From Phoronis australis (Eukaryota > Animalia > Phoronida), in NCBI GenBank assembly GCA_002633005.1, contig NMRA01000154.1, forward strand, positions 752,841-816,840: DNA of 64,000 bases, in the 5' to 3' direction. Below the pieces are notes generated by a model that saw only the letters and a program-made list of their open reading frames with translations, was not told the origin of the DNA and did not search any database. The position numbers and the translations under genes were made by a program. Below are positions 13,201 through 25,600 of the stretch, one piece after another. Numbering within the stretch: position 1 is the first letter of the stretch; each line of letters opens with the position of its first letter.

Positions 13201-14990
13201 CACATCTAAAGGCCCTTTCCTATACAGTTTATTTCGCTACAATTGAAGCTTGGTATACTGTGGTTTACCCCGAAGTTAAGCTGAGTGTTCAGCGAAGTTA
13301 TCATAAGATGGCACCAATATGATCTTTATGTTATCTCGTTGGTCCTGTATACGCCTTACTGTTTTTGTCCTTGCCTTCGAAAATGACAAGGACCTTCCCC
13401 TCTCCCTACACAAACACGAGGACATCAACTTCAGAAGGTAACCAATGGCTGCTACGTTGAGATGGAGAAGATTGATGACATTTAGGCCTAACAGAAAATT
13501 GGGAATCATGCATGTGGCTTGCAGCAGATCCGTGTAAATGCAGTATGATGTTTGGCAGGAACTTGTTTTGCGTACACAAAACTGTTAGTGATTTTTAAAT
13601 TTTTTTAAGGAAAGAATCTAGCAAGCAGGTGGAAAAATTGAAGCAGAATGCTTATACTGCCAAAATAACTAATATTGAAGCGAAATATTTTACAAGTATT
13701 AACCAGTTACTGCCTGCTGTTGGCAAACACAGTGACACCTGCCGATAACTCCGAATTTAAAGTGTTTCATCATACCGAAGTGTCGTTGCTTCGCTGTTAA
13801 ATCCACCTCTTAGCTTCAGTGTTAACTAGCGCTGTTATTTTCTATAAAAGACCGAAGTTAAGTGCATGTTCCCACGGTAATAGCAATAGCATAGCAAGCT
13901 TTGGCGGCAGTGGGAAAGATTGGTGATGCCATTAGGGATTGAAGTGAGCTAGTTGCTATCAAGGGCTTGACTGAATGCCTATTGGATGAGATAATTGCCT
14001 TGTAAACTAAGGCCTGTTTAGGGTAGGAGTTTCAAAGTAAAAAAACAAACAATGAGTAAGGAAAACGACCTGCCTGTTTGTTTTCAACATGAAAAAGTAA
14101 AAAGAAACCATCTTAGAATTTTCATCACAGCTCTTGCATGGGCTAATGTCGTCAGGTTAGATTGTGTCTGCATGTCAGCAACTTCAGTGACCAACAAGAG
14201 CACTGAGGAAATTGGTGGGACGTGCCCTTTTGATCCCAATACATGTATAAAGTCTGGGGCACCTTTTGACCATTTCAAAGACTGACTGTTTATCATGAAG
14301 CTCTTCTGGAATAGTTGCTGATTTACTTGTGTCAAGTTAGTCATTTGCTGGTGTGGTAATTGTGTTTAATATCATTCTGGCTTACTTTTATCAATTTAAT
14401 CTAGTACTACTAAATGTTGCAAGCTGTGATGAAGTTGTTTATTGATTTGTGTACTAGGATGTTGTGAAGTGGAAATTAGACATCTCCCGACATGAAACAT
14501 CCAATATTGGGAATCTAAATTTTTCATTTGTGGTGTCTTACAAACTGGGCACTGGGAGGAGCTGGGATAAGTGCAGCTTGCACCCAGTCATTGGAATTAT
14601 CAATTTTTGCAGTGGACATGGTTATTCTTTATACTTCCGAAGAAGTTTTGGACAGGTTCTCTGTCATGTAATGGGTAGGTTTGTGTGGTAATATCGATGT
14701 GATAAAAAGCCATACTGGAGACAACACCTCTTTAGCTGTTGTGGAGCTTTCATCTGAGACTATACCATCAAACCTTTGAGTTGACGCGTCATAGGGCAAT
14801 TGATACACATCTTGCCCCACAGCACAGTAAGAGTTGCATTCTCATGCTGCTGCTGGTGTCCACTGCCAAAACTGAGTAATAATTAGGTAATAATAATGGA
14901 AGCCCCCTGGAGAGTGATGTTTGGCAAAATTGAACAAAACCATAATAATGGTGATCACTGCAATGCCAAGTGTGACTATTACACGACTTT

Positions 14991-15219
14991 GAGATAAGAG
15001 ACAAAAAACCATCAAAAATAATAAAAATGTACAAAAAAGGCATTGTTTGTCCGTCTGTAGCTAAGACGATCATGTGTTCAGTTTTTAATTTGCAAACAAT
15101 TCATTGGAGATAAGAGACAAAAAACCATCAAAAATAATAAAAATGTACAAAAAAGGCATTGTTTGTCCGTCTGTAGCTAAGACGATCATGTGTTCAGTTT
15201 TTAATTTGCAAACAATTCA
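14991..15219. repeat. Tandem duplication, period 116 bp (two identical ~113-bp copies)
   Basis: 14991-15103 is identical by eye to 15107-15219. Confidence 0.9.
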
Positions 15220-16757
15220 AATTTTGTTAACTTTGAAACTTTTAGTAGTAGATGGTCAGGTTCATATGAAACCTTCAGATGCTTTTTACAGTGTTCTCCA
15301 AACGTTTTTTGGAATTCTTTTAAAATGTCCCGCATTTGTTTGAGGGGCTTTCAAAATTAGGATTTTCATGAAAAAATCATAAAGTTGCATAAAAACAAAA
15401 ACAAAATGATATTTTAGAAAACTAACAGCGTTGTTGATATCCCATCATATACATTTATATCAAATAAAATTTGGTCTTGTAATGTTTTGTTATAAATGTA
15501 CCTTTCTTTTTTGCTAAATTTTCCCTTGACATGGTCATGTGACTCAATTTACTAAAGTTTGGTAAAAAGTCAAAAATCAAATTTTGCAGACTTCCTACCT
15601 TCACTAAATGTATGTTTTTTCTGATTCTGGTTAATTATTCAAGCTTGTCAATAAAGTCTTGTAAACATAAGTGTAATGGTGGTTTATGATGGTGGGGTTT
15701 CAAGTTGAATGTGCTTTCCATCACATTTACGTCAGAAGCAGTATTTTGTTCTTATAAAAACACAGCACCGCCTTGCAAATGTCTCTGTGGGTTGTAAACC
15801 AACAAAAGTGAAAATGAAAATCCAATGAAAGAACAGTTATCTGTAATCTCAAGCAGCAAAAAATGGACGACACACTTCAGATAACCATTGACGAGGTCTA
15901 CTGCTATTTGTACACAAAGTTCTGTCATGGGACACAGGAGCTGTCCCTCTATAAAGAAAGAAAATTTCTGCTCCTCTCCACTATTGTCCTATGTAACCAA
16001 AAAGGAAGCTGTTTATAAGAGCTATGTTGTGTGTGAATTTGCCTATTATTTGACAAGACATGTCAAAATAAAGTAACAAACCAACAAACAAACAAACAAA
16101 CGGGTAAAAACAATCTCGATTGACAACAAATTGGCAAATTGCCAATCAATAACGTGTCTGAATTGCTATTGTCGGCTTGGTCTAAACTATAATTGAGAAT
16201 GACTAGTTTGAAAAGGTTGTTTATGCTTTTAAGAATGTTTGAATGGGAGGTACATAAAACTCAAATTGTAATCCCTGCAAAGAGATTTGGTTGAATTGAG
16301 GCTGAGCCAAAATCATGATTTCGGTTAATTGTATTAACCCTGTAAATTATTTTGTATTCCCTGGAGTTCACCAACCCAATTGTACATACGTGTAGACTCC
16401 TTCCTTGTAAAATGGCACATCTTTTGCAAATTCACTTAGGTTCTCTTTAAGCAACGTAATTCATTGCTCGAAACCAATAATCCCTTTGGAAATTCAGCTC
16501 CAGTAATTGGATGTCCATACCATGTAGAATCGATGAAAGGTGCTGAATTCAGACAGCTTTCATTCTGCAATCACTCATGTTTATACGTGAGCTGAGTTTG
16601 GGTTTAGATAAATGTTGGTTTCAGCAGTTATACTTGAAAGGTTAAGATTATGTTGGCAGTCGTGGACAAAGGTCCGAGTAATTTAGCCAAATAACCAAAA
16701 AACTATAGACTTTTACTTTGTGAAAGTGTAATCTAAGTCTTTTGAATGTACAAGGTA

Positions 16758-17101
16758 CCTAAACTACACGGATAACGGGCTCATTAACACAGTCACGGAC
16801 GAATGAATACGACTCACGTACCTGCAAACACCGTTCACTGACTCACAAACACGGGTCACGGACTCATCGGCTACCTGGGTCAGCTGACATCTACATTTTG
16901 TCCGTAAACCATGTTTGGCGGTCCATTAACCGTCTTTCTTCGTGAATGTGAGTCCGTGTCCCGTGTATTTTGGTGAATGAATCGTGTTTTGTGAGTTTGT
17001 TCCCGTGTTTGTGAGTCAGTGAACGGTGTTTGCAGGTAGGTGAGTCGTGTTCATATGCGTCCGTGACCGTGTTTATGAGTTCGTTAACCATGTAGTTCAG
17101 G
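16758..17101. mobile_element. MITE with ~100-bp terminal inverted repeats and flanking TA (Tc1/mariner-type)
   Basis: Left arm cctaaactacacggataac...tacctgcaaacaccgttcactgactcacaaacacggg is the reverse complement of the right arm. TA at 16756-16757 and 17102-17103. Confidence 0.8.
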
Positions 17102-17814
17102 TAACGATGTAGAAAGCATGTAAGGTTTGATTTTAGACTTTTTAGATATCTGACATTGATTGGGCCACTTGAACGTGTGTTTTCATTAAAATCAAGAACG
17201 GGGAATAATAACAGACCAGCAGTATCAATATTTCCTAATTTTATTTAACACTTTGTTTAAGTTGATATTTCGTGAACACTTACATTTTTTAAAGTTATCT
17301 TTTCATTTTCATTTGGTACAACCACCTTTGGGAATTCCATGAAAAGCATAAAAGTCCATTTTTTATACTGTACTCTCGTGCAAAATTTGAACATTCAAGA
17401 ACAATTCCTGAGTATGTTTCGGAAAACAGTGTACAAAGCAGAGTATCTGAAAGTTTCTTATGAATCCGATCACTCTGATTCAGAGATGCAGCGTTCTGAA
17501 GTTGGCCAGATTCGGCCTTTGTTTTTTTACATTACCTTAAGCCTCTGAGTTGTAGCGTGACAACTTCACTGAAGTGCTGTACACCTTGCGAGTTACCCAA
17601 GGTTTAGTAGTTGTGTGAGAGTTACTTGTGCACCACAGCAACTGAACACGCACATGTATTTGACAACTACCCCACCTTATCAAGACAGGGTAACCTTAAA
17701 GCCCTCATGCAAGTGGTAGTGTCAAGGCAGAACTAATTACCAGCTGTGCGCATCCTTAGTTACACACATGGGTGTCTAGTAGTGCGTATAGTGTGTGGAG
17801 GCTCACCTGAACTG

Positions 17815-17905
17815 GAGCAAGTTGCTCTAGGTCATGTTGCTCCAGGGCACATTGCTCTAGGGCAAGTTGCTCCAGAGAAAGTTACTCCAAGGCTAGGTGT
17901 TCTAA
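17815..17905. repeat. 15-bp degenerate minisatellite (GTTGCTCYAGGGCAA)
   Basis: About 6 units, visible as a 5-aa periodicity in the spurious ORF 17746-17961. Confidence 0.7.
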
Positions 17906-20784
17906 GGGTGACTTCTCTGGTGGAAACGACAAAACATAACAGTTTGGCTAAGCCTAACTAACTATCTTTATTTGAAGTCTTACGAAAAACTGTCTCCTTT
18001 TCATATCACCATTTGTTGTGTTAAGTTTCAAAGAATATTTACTTTTAGAATCTTTGACAAAAACACTGTATTTACACGAGCTTAAAATAGATAATGATAT
18101 TTGACAGTATAGTACTTAAGATAAATCCTTGAGCTTGTGGTTGTGGAAATACAATCCTTTGAGACTAAGGCAATGTCCCCTAATTACACAAGGTTATTAC
18201 ACCTTGCCAAAATCACATATCCATACCATGTATCAGTCAATTAGCTACATTGTAACTGCTTTACTAATCACAGGTTCTAAATCTTGGCCATCTTCAAAGA
18301 AAAAGTAAACAGTATTAGAATGGCCTTATAAGCCAATGAGTCCTTTTTCTACCGCAGTATAATGTCATCTCATTATGGGAATCAGATCCACTGTAGCGCC
18401 CCTTGTTGTCCAGTTTTAGTTTCTGACAAGATATTGCTTGACAGATGATAAGTGTCAAAATGGCTCCACAGATTTTTTGATGGTCCTTGGCAGAGAGTTA
18501 GTTGTATGACTGTGATGTGCGGCAACCAGCCCATTGTAACTTTGGCAGTTGGGTATATGGGTGGGATGTGTTTCAAGCAGTCCATTTGATTAACATTGAC
18601 AGTTCTGTGTATTGGTCAGCATGTGTCTGCCAGTAGCATTAGATGACTTCAGCTTAGAAATCATTATGACCAAATTAGTCCAATTATATTACATGAAATT
18701 TATAAACATAATTTGAAGCCTATTATAGCGCATGCATGGACAAGATTTAGGTTATTCTTGAAGTCAGTGTACAGTTGCTTTGGGCTAATTGCTCTCTTTT
18801 CAAAGCTAAAATGTGTGTCTGGTTAGTCTCTGCTTGTAACTACAAGTAGTGTTGTTTTATGATGAAATCATGGCCCTAAGTGCAGTAGTTTTCACTTTAT
18901 TAACTTCAAGCTAGAATGCTTTACTTGAGGATGGAGTATTCAGGCTTCTGTAAAGACTGTGATTTGATGAATAATGCCACTGTATGTGTGAGCGATCTAA
19001 ATTAACCAGCAGATTTTTCATTGTTCTTTATGAAATTAATTAGCATTGGACATATAGCGCGCATAATATTGGTTTCAAAGGCCTCTCATATTACGGGCAG
19101 CTACAAGGCTGTTCAGTAATTAAAAATAAAATTCAGTAAAAATTTTACGGTTTTGGACGTAATGTGGTGGACATGTGAAATTTCTTTTTGTCAAATTTCT
19201 GAACATAAATAACTTTTCAGGAAAATTTACTTTTCCTAAAGATGGTTTGTATGCTGTAGCTTTTACCAAACAACATTTGGTAAAAATTTGAGCCTTTGCA
19301 ACAATGTGGTAAGCCTCCGAAAAATAGAAATATGGCAGTTTTAACAAGTATTTTTGTCTCCAATTGAAGAATTTTTGCTATAGATTTGCAGTTCGTCATA
19401 TTTGGGTATTATTTATTTATCAATACCTGCTACTGAGACATAAGGTAAACTGTGCAGTAAAATGTCACTAATTTCACACTGAAATTACCCGTTTGTTATT
19501 TTATCCATGAGCTCCTGACTCTGTGCACTCAAAATATTGCGTGGTGATAGTTGCGTTTGACATGGTCATAAGCTCTGATTTGATGTTACTTACCGGGTAT
19601 GTTTTATTTTAAAAAGTGAGAAATACTTTGCGTGTCCTCTATATTGTTTCCTCAATTGGTGAGATTGAGATTTGACCATACCGAACACCACTGTACATTA
19701 AAATGGTGTAACTTATTCACTCAGGTAAATGTCAGGTGAAGAACTGACAACCAGTTCCTTTTGAAGGCATTCACTCTCTATTCAATTACCAGCCACTGAA
19801 CAGAAGGGTTTAGGAATTCTTTTCAATTAGAATTTTCAAGTAGGAATTACCTGCCCAGTCTCCAGTGGTTGAGAATAATATAGGTGTCAATCAGATGGAT
19901 GTCTGGCTCTATTCTTATTTTGGTTAAATTGCTTTGTTACCGTGGTGATATAGTCAAGTGGAAGCAACAATCATTGCTACAACACTGTCCTAAATTCCCA
20001 GTGTGGAGTTTTATGTAGTTGTCAGTAGCGGTGGAGTATGTCTTTGTTGCTGTACTGCAGACCGTCAAAAACAACTTGATTTGTAGTCATAAGTAAAAGC
20101 ATATGCCACCCGTTTTAATTTTTTGCGAGTTTAATTGGCCTGTGTCCGTATCATCTTGTGCCAGCTGTCCACCACACCGGGCCAAGACTTGGTGAATGGC
20201 CTGGCTAGCTGAGTGGATTGGCAGTGAAATCATATTCCAATCTACGGAGTACGGTATATATTGGGTAGTCATCAACACTTGCCAGGTCAGAGCCCCCTAG
20301 TGTAACTCAGTGTTACTAAAAGTTCAGCCTCTGAACCTGAACAATTCGTTGGTTCTAAATTCCAATACACCAGGATGGTCTTTCTTTATTGCACAAAAGG
20401 GTTTGAATTGTGGCCTATGCAATTTACCGGTAATTATTACCTTATCAGGGGCCATCTAGTCATTGGTGGCCTGTATTGAGATGGGGGAATTTTCATTGCA
20501 CATCTCTTAATCCTAGCCAAAGGGAGACCAGCTGATTATTTGGTATACAACAGGTGTCATAGAAACTTGAAGCAATCATCAGTTGCCGGTATGAGTATAA
20601 AATGTAATAAAATTTCGCCAGTTTCTGACAAGAATTAGTAGTCAAAATGACCTTTCGTGTTTTCAAGGTCTTCCAGCATTGTTGCGAAGTAGTCATCAGT
20701 TGCTATTATAAAACATAAAATTTTGCCACTTTCTGACAAAAAATGAAAGTCAAAATTGACCACATTGTTGTTATTGCCCTCAAT

Positions 20785-21430
20785 TTCATGTTCCCATATA
20801 TAAGTGTCCATTTGTCTGATGTCCGCTTGGTGTCCGGTTCTCTATCTCAAAAACCCGTCTATGGATATTCATGAAATTTTGCAGATGATGTTGCCATCTT
20901 GGATGAGATGACATGACACTTAGTGGCAATTTTTGCTATCTGTTTTTGGCGTCTACCTCTGTCTCTCTCGGCCAAACCACCCTGAGCATCATGATGAAAT
21001 TTGGCATGTGCATTCTTAACTGTGAAGAGCACAATAGACGATTATTTCCAGAATGTTCCGACTACTGTGGCATCCTCGAGTGGCAGTTTTTTTTTGCAAT
21101 GGATGACGCCCACTTTCAGGCGCAGGCCCTAATACCGCTGTGCCCCGTAGTGTTATTTTTATTTTTTCCATTTTCTTCTGTATCTATGGTTCTTGGAGAA
21201 TTTTCATGAAATTTGGCAAGGTTTCTATTGGAGAGGCACTGACACCGTACGGATTTGATGTAATATATGTCACCTAGTGACCATTTTTATCATTTACACC
21301 GCCTTCCCATTTTTGGATGGGTTTGATGTATTCTAGGTCATCTAATACTGATACTAAATAAACATTCCAGGAAGCAAACCATTTGCTATGCATTGTGGGT
21401 GCATTTCAATGCTCTACATTGCCCTAATTG
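20785..21430 (+). mobile_element. Dispersed repeat with internal degenerate ATGAAATTTGGCA / CCTAGTGGCCATTT subunits (HINE/DINE-1/Pearl-like)
   Basis: Same motifs recur at about 53265-53570, 55820-57000 and 60878-62020. GTCC-type short repeats near the 5' end. Class assignment is inference. Confidence 0.5.
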
Positions 21431-21632
21431 TTTATCATATTGTCTAGTTGTGGCTGTGGTTCAGAACTTGAATGGGGAAAAGCAATAACTTAATTGATGC
21501 TACGTACCATTCATAGAAATTAAAGTTCACTTGTCCGTCACATTGTGAAATAAAATTGGTGACTTTACAACAGCAGGAATCCTTGCAAGACAAGTTAAGA
21601 TCAGTGTAATCTTTTTATTTATTATTGTATGA

Positions 21633-21805
21633 ATTGACCTATCCCCGGGATTTTGAGTAACTGCTTAACTGACCAATCAGAACGCAGCATTCTTGGCACA
21701 CCTGCGTTTCCAAGCTGCCATTTTACCCGACAAATAACTCGTCGGGTAAAACTTATTGTTTGTTTGTCAACTTTTTGCAGGGGTCGGAACTTGCGATAGG
21801 TCAAT
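21633..21805. mobile_element. MITE with 11-bp TIR ATTGACCTATC...GATAGGTCAAT and an internal hairpin
   Basis: Perfect TIR. Internal stem TTTTACCCGAC/GTCGGGTAAAA at 21721-21751. Inverted copies at ~34389-34568 and, truncated, 36118-36225. Confidence 0.8.
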
Positions 21806-21897
21806 CGAAGTTTTTATTGACCACTAAAAATCTGTTTCATTGCATATTTATGTTTTTTCAGGTCTGATTCGCGTGACAGTGACTGTCACTATTCAAC

Positions 21898-22653
21898 ATG
21901 GTTCAGACTATGGACTTCAACCTTAAGAGTGGTGAGCAGTTGCTGTTCACAAACTTCTCTAATGGCTGGATTATTGAGAAGTACTCCAACACTACAGCGC
22001 CCTGTGAAAGTTGGTTATTACTGCCTGGTGAAAACATGTGGTCTAGTGGTGTTCGATTCGTTCTCTATCTAATTGCCATGATCTATTTCTTTGTTGGTAT
22101 CGCCATTGGCAGTGATATATTTATGTGTAGTATAGAAGTGATCACGAGCAAAAAGAGAACAATAGTTCGTTACGATGAGGAGCGACAAGAACCAGTAAAA
22201 AAAGAGGTCCTCATTTGGAACGAGACAGTTGCTAACTTGACACTAATGGCGCTGGGCTCAAGTGCACCAGAAATCCTCATCGCCGTCATTGAAGCTGCTA
22301 GGGAACTGCCGGCGCCATACATACCTCGTGACAGTCTGGGTGTATTTACCATTATTGGTAGTGCATCTTTTAATCTACTCATCATTACTGCCATCTGTAT
22401 TGTGAGTGTGCCATCACCAGAAGTGAAGAAGATTCGGGAAGTGGGCGTGTTCATTCTGACCTCATTCTGGTCCATCTGGGCCTACGTCTGGGTTCTGCTC
22501 GTTGTCACCGTCTTCACGCCAGGGGTTATAGACATCTGGGAGGCATGTGTTACACTTGCCTTCTTCCCTGTCCTTGTGCTCACTGCCTGGATGGTTGACA
22601 ATGGCTTCTGGATTAAAAAGGCCAAAAAGGTTGATGTGCATGAAACCAATGAG
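21898..22653 (+). CDS. SLC8A: Na+/Ca2+ exchanger (NCX/SLC8 family), first coding exon: N-terminus, TM1-TM5, alpha-1 repeat
   Basis: Acceptor ttttttcag|21862, in-frame TGA before ATG 21898. [50 protein letters not shown] and [11 protein letters not shown] match NCX1 motifs. Donor GAG|GTAAGC, phase 0. Confidence 0.96.
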
Positions 22654-25600
22654 GTAAGCTTTAGTGTTTATTTCTGCATACAGAGGGCGTATCTATTCTG
22701 TACGCTACAGCTATGCACTGCATCGATATGGCGCTTTGCCCTAACTTAATGTTCTCCTATGTGCAACATGCCCTGAGTCCCAGGTCCAACTTGCTCCTGA
22801 TTAGCTGAGTATATAGGTCCCTATGTGCAAGATGCCCCTAATCAGCCTAGTGTCCCCCAGTCCAACATGCCCTAATCAGCTGGCTTTCCACACAGATGTG
22901 CCTGTGGTTTTGGGTGTTAGGTTCATAGAAAGAACTGATTGCAATAAAATTGCTATCATGTGTAACTTGAGGTGCTGAGTGTTCTTATGAATATTAAGGT
23001 GCATTTGCTCCAGAAATATTAAAATGTTCTGGATCTTTTTCAACCATCTCATTCTAATAAAGTATGATTTTGCTTAGACTTAGTTTGAAAGGGAAGCACT
23101 TTATTTGTTAGAACAGCTTAACTTACACCTAAACAAATAAGGTAGTGAGCATTCAAATAATTCCGCCTCTCCGAGCTGTTGATCAAAATCACTTATGACT
23201 AATTTGTAAGCCAATCGGTGAATGCGCTTCTGCAGAGTGTATACGGTTAGCAAATTCTGTAACTGTATCTGACAGATTTGTAAAGAGGTCTTCAGAACCT
23301 GTCATTAAAAAGTCTCAATTTACAGCCACAGTTAAAAGTGACATGGTACCAAGGTAACCTGTGACTGACTGTTTGATTCCACTCATTCCACCCTAGGAAC
23401 CAATAGATTAACTCCTTTCCATCCCAATACAAGCCAGGCTCAATAGCTCAGTCTAAGAAGTTGGGTAAATATTGGGATAAACATTTAGGGGTTTAATCCA
23501 TTTCCTAGAGTGTTACTCAAACAGGGAACACATTGTGCCTGGGCAGTCCATTCAATGTTTTATGCCAGCACTATTGATCATGAATGCATGGTTCTGTAAT
23601 CAATTCTATTGTTTACCCATGGTCGCCAGGGGCAACCACTGCATTTTGATTGCCTTGGTTTATATTGACTTAAAATATTGAATTTATAAATTATTGACCA
23701 AAATAGCAGGCATGTTGCGTTGCGAGGATGGCAATGTTGAAAATTGTTACAAAGTGCAAATCACTTAGAGACAGATTCCTAACTGATTCTTGGTAATATA
23801 CTTGATGATTTTCAACTGAGTTAGGAAACTGTAAGAAATGATCTCATGATTTTAAAAATTTATGTATGTTTTGGAATTTTTAAGATGCTGCGATTGTGTA
23901 GTAGGAAATGAAAAATTCTGATTAAGTGAATTATTTTACTCTTCTTAGTGTGTTATGTATCCCTACTGGAAGCTGTCTTAGCATGTATATTGTCATGTTG
24001 AAGTGAAGATTTTTTGACCCGATAAGATTTCAGAACACAGTGGAAGAGCATGATACAAACATTGTAAATTTAATAGTCACCCAAGCTGTAGGCTTGACAC
24101 GCTCACTGTAAATTTGATGCACCCAAAAATCACGATTTTTGAGAATGAATGCAATCGTTTGATTCTGAACATCTGGGCATTGCTTTCGTCCACATATTAA
24201 TAAGATTCTCTGTAATAATCGAGGATTTTAAAATTACGGAGTTTTATGTGTGTACTATTATTAGGTAAAAAGTTATTGAAGGTAACTTGATCCTTGGTTA
24301 CAGAGATAGCCTATTACTTAAATATACTGTATCCTCGGCAACAACCAATGTGGATGTATTTTTATAAGTTCCTTTCCTTTTGACTTATACTGTTCACCGT
24401 ATTATTGACTGGTCCATTCAATCACATGATATCTAGATTTTGTTATTACTGCCTGCTTATGTAAATTGAGCTATTCACAATGGTCCTCAGTAATTCTGTT
24501 GTTTATTTTATCGAGGTGTTGGAATATACCTTTGAACACACCTATAGCCTATACATTTCTGTATTATTTGGCATGCTTTTGATAATATTTAGGTAAAGGA
24601 AATGACCAGCTCACAATATTTATGTAGACAAATCATGGTTTCAAGAATCTGCAGCTAAAATTATCCAGTTTTGATGTCAAAATATATTGGAATATGCAGG
24701 ACAAGAGTATGAGGTTGTCAGTAATATTTATTAAATGGAATTGGCCACCATGTAGATTGTAAATTGCTCGACTGAGGACACGTTTTTTTAATTGACATGG
24801 TTAAAGACTTCATACCAAAGGCAACTGTTTATGCAGGGGGTTCATTCAGTTGAGGATTTCTAAAATATTGGGCATCTAAAATGGGTTTCCCAATTCCTGA
24901 GGGCATCTGTGACCACTGACCCATCACTGCCTAAATTTTACATCACTGTCAAATTGTTATAATACTTGCTTAGTGAACTCAGGGCCTCCAAATGCTGAAC
25001 AGGGTCCTCTAGCCCTATGACTTCAAAATTTGAGTTAGTATGTCCATTTGGACACCCTGGACACCAGGAATATGAAGGCTTGATTGTACTGGATAGTTTG
25101 GGTCTGCATGAGCGCAAGTTAACGTCACAGTAAATAGTTGGATTTATCAGCGGAGCATCGTCGCTGCAATGCATCATCAAAGCCATCGAAAGGTGGCATA
25201 ATATGACCTTCAACGTTGTCACAAAAGTGATGTGTGTTGATAACTTCGATGGACACCAAAATTAAGTATTCCCGCTGTAGTGAGATATCAATTCTGTGCT
25301 GTGAATCCACCTGCTTATTGCAAACTGAAGTTAAAGATCTGAACTTCGATCCAAAAGCGAATTTAAGCATTCCCAGTGACCAACACTCCACTAAACACCA
25401 AAGTGAGACATTAGGAGGAAAAGCCTTTAACATTCTAAAAAACGTGCAGCACAAGAGGTTATTGATTTACGTATTAAACTCAAAAGATATTAGTTACGTT
25501 CAAGTGACCCTGAATACGGACTGATTTGTTTCAAATATAATTGATTTGTATTGTTGCAAAAACATAATTTCTTTCCAGTGGTGTAATAACTAAAAAGAGA

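Noticed and set aside
22654-22749. C-terminal tail of ORF 21898-22749
   Set aside because: Intron read-through past the donor at 22654.
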